Assembly: GCA_965262915.1 (NCBI GenBank)
Contig: OZ253564.1
Span: 4,736,001-4,800,000 of the forward strand
DNA from: Candidatus Spongiisociaceae bacterium
GTDB taxonomy: Bacteria > Actinomycetota > Acidimicrobiia > Spongiisociales > Spongiisociaceae
Direction: 5' to 3'
DNA length: 64,000 bases
The notes beneath the pieces were generated by a model. The model was not told the DNA's origin. It was given only the letters and a program-made list of their open reading frames with translations, and ran no database searches. Made by a program: the position numbers and the translations under genes. Positions 60,085 to 64,000 of this stretch are shown one piece after another (the first letter of the stretch is position 1; every line of letters starts with the position of its first letter).

Positions 60085-61512
60085 ATGACCACTGTACCGA
60101 GAACTCTGTTCCAGAAGGTTTGGGACGCCCACGTGGCCCACGAGGCGCCGGGCGAGCCCTCCATTCTGTATATCGACCTCCACCTGGTGCACGAGGTAAC
60201 CAGCCCCCAGGCCTTCGACGGGCTGCGCGTGGCCGGCCGGGGCGTGCGGCGGCCCGATCTGATCCTGGCGACCATCGACCACGGGGTTCCGACCACCAAC
60301 CGGAACCTCGGAATCAGGGACCCGCTGTCGAAGAGACAGATCGATGCGCTGATCCGCAGGCGCCGGGCGACATCCATTGCGAGGAGTACGGGATCACCCT
60401 GTACGGGCTGCGACGATCCCCGCCAGGGGATCGTGCACATCATCGGCCCCGAGCAGGGGCTGACCCAGCCGGGCATGACCATCGTGTGCGGTGACTCCCA
60501 CACGGCCACCCATGGGGCTTTCGGCGCCCTGGCCTTCGGGATAGGCACGTCGGAGGTCGAGCACGTGCTCGCCACCCAGACCCTCCCCCAGATCAAACCG
60601 AAGGCGATGGCGGTCACCGTGGAAGGGGACCTCCCGAGAGGAGTGGCAGCCAAGGACATCATCCTGGCCATAATCGCCAGGATCGGGGTGGCCGGAGGCA
60701 CGGGACACGTGATCGAGTACCGGGGCTCGACCATCCGGTCGCTGTCGATGGCCGGCCGCATGACCATCTGCAACATGTCGATCGAGGGCGGCGCCCGGGC
60801 CGGGATGGTGGGACCCGACGACACCACCTACTCGTACATCGAGGGGCGTCCCCACGCTCCCGAGGCCTGGGAACAGGCGTTGGACCACTGGCGCACCCTC
60901 CCCACCGACGAGGGCGCCACCTTCGACTCCGAGATCGAAGTGGACGCCCGGTCCCTCGAACCTCACGTTTCATGGGGTACCAACCCCGCCCAGACGGCGC
61001 CGGTGAGTTCACGAGTCCCTCATCCCGACGACTACGACGACCCTCTCGACCGGGAAGGGTGCAACCGAGCCCTGGACTACATGGACCTGGCGGCCGGAGT
61101 GCCTATCACCGACATCCGGCTGGACCGCGTGTTCCTCGGGTCCTGTACGAACGCCCGCATAGAGGACCTCCGGGCCGCGGCCGCCGTGGTCGAAGGCCGC
61201 AAGGTGGACAGGCGCGTGCAGGCGATGGTGGTACCCGGTTCCGGACTCGTGAAGCTCCAAGCCGAGGAGGAGGGCCTGGACCGGATCTTCAAGGAGGCCG
61301 GGTTCGAATGGCGCGACGCGGGCTGCTCCATGTGCCTGGGGATGAACGACGACATCCTGGCGCCCGGCGAGCGGTGCGCGTCGACATCGAACCGTAATTT
61401 CGAAGGTAGGCAGGGTCGCAGAGGCCGCACCCACCTGGTGAGCCCCGAGATGGCAGCCGCCGCGGCGGTGACCGGCCACTTCGTCGATGTGCGCACCTGG
61501 GACCGACCATGA
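60085..61512 (+). CDS. leuC: 3-isopropylmalate dehydratase large subunit
   Basis: [37 protein letters not shown]; aberrant segment at 60358-60411. Confidence 0.95.
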   Translation: MTTVPRTLFQKVWDAHVAHEAPGEPSILYIDLHLVHEVTSPQAFDGLRVAGRGVRRPDLILATIDHGVPTTNRNLGIRDPLSKRQIDALIRRRRATSIARSTGSPCTGCDDPRQGIVHIIGPEQGLTQPGMTIVCGDSHTATHGAFGALAFGIGTSEVEHVLATQTLPQIKPKAMAVTVEGDLPRGVAAKDIILAIIARIGVAGGTGHVIEYRGSTIRSLSMAGRMTICNMSIEGGARAGMVGPDDTTYSYIEGRPHAPEAWEQALDHWRTLPTDEGATFDSEIEVDARSLEPHVSWGTNPAQTAPVSSRVPHPDDYDDPLDREGCNRALDYMDLAAGVPITDIRLDRVFLGSCTNARIEDLRAAAAVVEGRKVDRRVQAMVVPGSGLVKLQAEEEGLDRIFKEAGFEWRDAGCSMCLGMNDDILAPGERCASTSNRNFEGRQGRRGRTHLVSPEMAAAAAVTGHFVDVRTWDRP

Positions 61513-62114
61513 GACCGGTCGGCACCATCTCGGGAACCATGGCCCCGCTGCCGCGCAGCAACGTCGATACCGACCAGATCATGCCCAAGCAGTTCCTCAA
61601 GCGGGTGGAGCGCAGCGGCTACGGTCGTTACCTGTTCCACGACTGGGCCAGGACACCGAGCGGGGATCTCGATCCGCACTTCGTCCTCAACCGCACCGTG
61701 TATCGGGACGCGAAGGTGCTGGTGAGCGGACCCAACTTCGGTTCCGGATCGTCTCGCGAGCATGCCCCCTGGGGTATCCAGGACTGGGGATTCGAAGCTG
61801 TCATAGCCCCCTCGTTCGCCGACATCTTCTACAACAACTGCACCAAGATCGGCCTGCTCCCGGTCAGGCTCCCCGGCAGCGAGGCGAGCGGGCTGATGGA
61901 ACTCGCCACCGATGACCCGCACACGGTCGTGACGATCGACCTGGCCGGCCAGACCGTCGAGGCCGGAGACCGCCGGTCGCAATTCGAGATCGATCCCTTC
62001 ACGAAGTACCGCCTGCTCGAAGGGCTGGACGACATCGGCCTCACGCTCCGCCATATCCAGGCTATCAACGCCTTCGAGGCCGGCCGTGCCGACCACCTGC
62101 CCGGCCTCGGGTAG
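61509..62114 (+). CDS. leuD: 3-isopropylmalate dehydratase small subunit
   Basis: [34 protein letters not shown]. Confidence 0.96.
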   Translation: MRPVGTISGTMAPLPRSNVDTDQIMPKQFLKRVERSGYGRYLFHDWARTPSGDLDPHFVLNRTVYRDAKVLVSGPNFGSGSSREHAPWGIQDWGFEAVIAPSFADIFYNNCTKIGLLPVRLPGSEASGLMELATDDPHTVVTIDLAGQTVEAGDRRSQFEIDPFTKYRLLEGLDDIGLTLRHIQAINAFEAGRADHLPGLG

Positions 62115-62222
62115 GAGGGTGCTGGAAAACCCCCTATTGACCCGGCAGTCGATGGCAAACCATCTGTTCCGCGAATACCGCGCCAAGCGCTACCATCGTT
62201 CTCGAGCACCCTCCTAGGCCAC

Positions 62223-63107
62223 ATGGATCTCCTAGCTGTCATCTCCTACCCGCCCATCCCGATCTTCGACGTGGGGCCGCTGCGTCTCTCCCTCCACGGC
62301 CTGTTCGCGGGAGTCGGCTTCGTAGCGGGCGCGTACTACGCCACCCGGCTGTATCACGCCCGCGGCTTTAACACCACCCGGTTCCAGTCGGCTCTGACCT
62401 GGGCCCTGGTCGGGGCACTCCTGGGCGCCCGCTGGCTGACGCTCCCCGCGTACTGGCTGGAAAACGGGTTCGACATCAGGGACATGATCAACATCGGGGG
62501 CAACTTCTCCATCCTGGGCGGCTTCGCGGGCGGTATCGGCCTGGGGATCTGGCGCGCCTATAGAGTGGGGCTGAGGGTCTGGCCCACCCTCGACGTGACC
62601 GCCTTCGGCCTGGCGGTGGGAACCGTGGTCGGCCGCATCGGCGATCTGGCGATCGTAGAGCACCTGGGAGGCCCCACCAGGTTCCTGCTCGGCTACGGGA
62701 TCCGCCCGGGATACGACGTGGCGCCCCAGCACAACCGCTTGGAGTGCGCGGTGGCCGAGGTGGGTGAATACTGTGGGGTGTACCACCACGCCGCCCTCTA
62801 CGACATGGTGGGCGCCATGGTGCTGTTCGGAGTCCTCTACTGGCTCTACCAACGCTCCCGCCTGAGCCTCCGCTACGGACAGCTATTCGGGGTCTGGGTG
62901 GCTTGGTACGGGTTCCAGCGCTTCCTCATCGACTTCACGCGGTTGGCGCTGGAAATCGACGGCGACCGCACCCTCGGCGCGCTCACGTGGAGTCAGTGGA
63001 GCGGGCTGGTGGCCGGGATCGCCGGGATCGCCGCGCTCCTCTGGCTGGGCAGACGGAATCCGGTAGTGACCGCCGAGAACGACCGGGCCTACGGCGCCGC
63101 GGTGTAG
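62223..63107 (+). CDS. lgt: Prolipoprotein diacylglyceryl transferase-like protein
   Basis: GAR, GG..GG, GRIG, H..ALY, Y...RF.IDF.R, SQW. Confidence 0.82.
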   Translation: MDLLAVISYPPIPIFDVGPLRLSLHGLFAGVGFVAGAYYATRLYHARGFNTTRFQSALTWALVGALLGARWLTLPAYWLENGFDIRDMINIGGNFSILGGFAGGIGLGIWRAYRVGLRVWPTLDVTAFGLAVGTVVGRIGDLAIVEHLGGPTRFLLGYGIRPGYDVAPQHNRLECAVAEVGEYCGVYHHAALYDMVGAMVLFGVLYWLYQRSRLSLRYGQLFGVWVAWYGFQRFLIDFTRLALEIDGDRTLGALTWSQWSGLVAGIAGIAALLWLGRRNPVVTAENDRAYGAAV

Positions 63108-63172
63108 TTCTGTCCCGTTGCGCGGATCGGGTACGACCACCTCCGCCGCCTAACCCTGATTATTCACGGGTC

Positions 63173-63254
63173 GGCCGGTTGCCAGGTGCCGGGTGCCAGG
63201 TGCCAGGTGCCAGGTGCCGGTGGTCAGTGGTCAGTGTTGGTAGTCAGTAGTCAA
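63173..63254. repeat. Degenerate heptamer tandem repeat (TGCCAGG grading into GGTCAGT)
   Basis: About 11-12 units; same unit as at 30127. Confidence 0.88.
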
Positions 63255-63462
63255 GCCTGGTTCCACCACCGGCCGGGTGAAATCAACAAGTGTGCTCAGT
63301 CGCCGCTCGCCCTACGGGTGAAACCCCTGTGCGGGACACCCGGGTTCGTCAACACTCACAAATCCCAGGTCAGAGGTCCCTGCCCCACCAGCTTCAAGGA
63401 CGTGACCCTCCAATCCTGAAGAATTGGGGCTAATCATCATCCACGTTCGGTGACCACACTTG

Positions 63463-63472
63463 TATGTACATA
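63463..63472. promoter_or_regulatory. Palindrome, candidate Phd/YefM operator
   Basis: TATGTACATA just upstream of the AGGAGG RBS; TGTACA cores are typical of Phd/YefM operators. Confidence 0.55.
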
Positions 63473-63485
63473 ATTAGGAGGCGCG

Positions 63486-63770
63486 ATGGGTACGTCGATC
63501 ACGGAGCGGACCATCCCGGCGGGGGCGTTCAGAGACCGGTGCCTGAGGCTCATGGACGAAATCAACGAGACGGGCGAGTCGATAGTGGTGACCAAGCACG
63601 GTAGACCCGTGGTCATCATCTCGCCGGCCCCGCGCGAAGCGACAGGGCTGGTGGGCTTCATGACCGGGGTCACCCGCATCGTGGACGACTTGGACGAACC
63701 CGCCATCCCGGCCGAGGAGTGGGACATCGTCAGTAACCCGGACCGGATCGTAGACCCGAGCCGGCTTTGA
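63486..63770 (+). CDS. Phd/YefM family antitoxin
   Basis: F...CL.LMDE...TGE.IVVTKHGRPV. Confidence 0.9.
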   Translation: MGTSITERTIPAGAFRDRCLRLMDEINETGESIVVTKHGRPVVIISPAPREATGLVGFMTGVTRIVDDLDEPAIPAEEWDIVSNPDRIVDPSRL

Positions 63771-64000
63771 TCCTGCTCGACACCAACGCGCTGTTGTGGG
63801 CCACAGCAAACAGTAGGAGGATGGGAACGAAGACCAAGCGCCGACTGGATGATGCCTTGGTCGACGGACAACTCGCCGTTCCCACGATCGTATTCCTCGA
63901 GGCCGCAATGCTTCACTGGGCCAACAGGGTGGATCTGGGCATGTCACCGGATATCTGGCACCGGCGGCACATCAATCTCGGGCTGCGCGAGATACCGCTG
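63767..64000 (+). CDS. VapC PIN toxin, truncated by the window end
   Basis: TTGA overlap with the antitoxin; translates MILLDTNALLW...VPTIVFLEAAML. Confidence 0.88.
   Translation, partial: MILLDTNALLWATANSRRMGTKTKRRLDDALVDGQLAVPTIVFLEAAMLHWANRVDLGMSPDIWHRRHINLGLREIPL

Noticed and set aside
63330-63391. Decayed tRNA or att site (CTCACAAATCCCAGGTCAGAGGTCCCTGCCCCACCA)
   Set aside because: Only loose resemblance to a tRNA 3' half; no T-loop or cloverleaf could be built.
1-64000. Many long overlapping or antisense ORFs (e.g. 18152-20140, 30394-32637, 53099-54892)
   Set aside because: Shadow frames of recognisable genes in high-GC DNA; Arg/Gly/Pro-rich or antisense-mirrored with no motifs.

Overview
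High-GC (about 67% by eye) actinobacterial DNA. Gene content and order suggest Acidimicrobiia, possibly marine or host-associated (inference). The backbone is housekeeping: an 11-gene complex I-like operon (nuoA-D, H-N, no nuoEFG), queG, tpx, a membrane pyrophosphatase, malate synthase G, a DUF1998 helicase, Zn transport, a Tad/Flp pilus cluster with a 6C-like RNA, a pyrimidine-catabolism cluster with an F420-type LLM, leuCD and lgt. Small accessory cassettes are scattered through it with no recognisable integrase or transposase: four toxin-antitoxin pairs, NYN, DUF4268 and DUF3800-like genes, and gene scraps. The best leads are: (1) a DUF3800-like RNase H-fold gene followed immediately by a compact structured RNA; (2) a diverged, promoter-bearing 218-bp element present twice; (3) a templated insertion plus compensating frameshift in leuC; (4) a synonymously diverged nuoN fragment beyond a vapBC cassette; (5) a probable F420-dependent pyrimidine reduction route. 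All calls are by eye and by motif recall; no searches were run.
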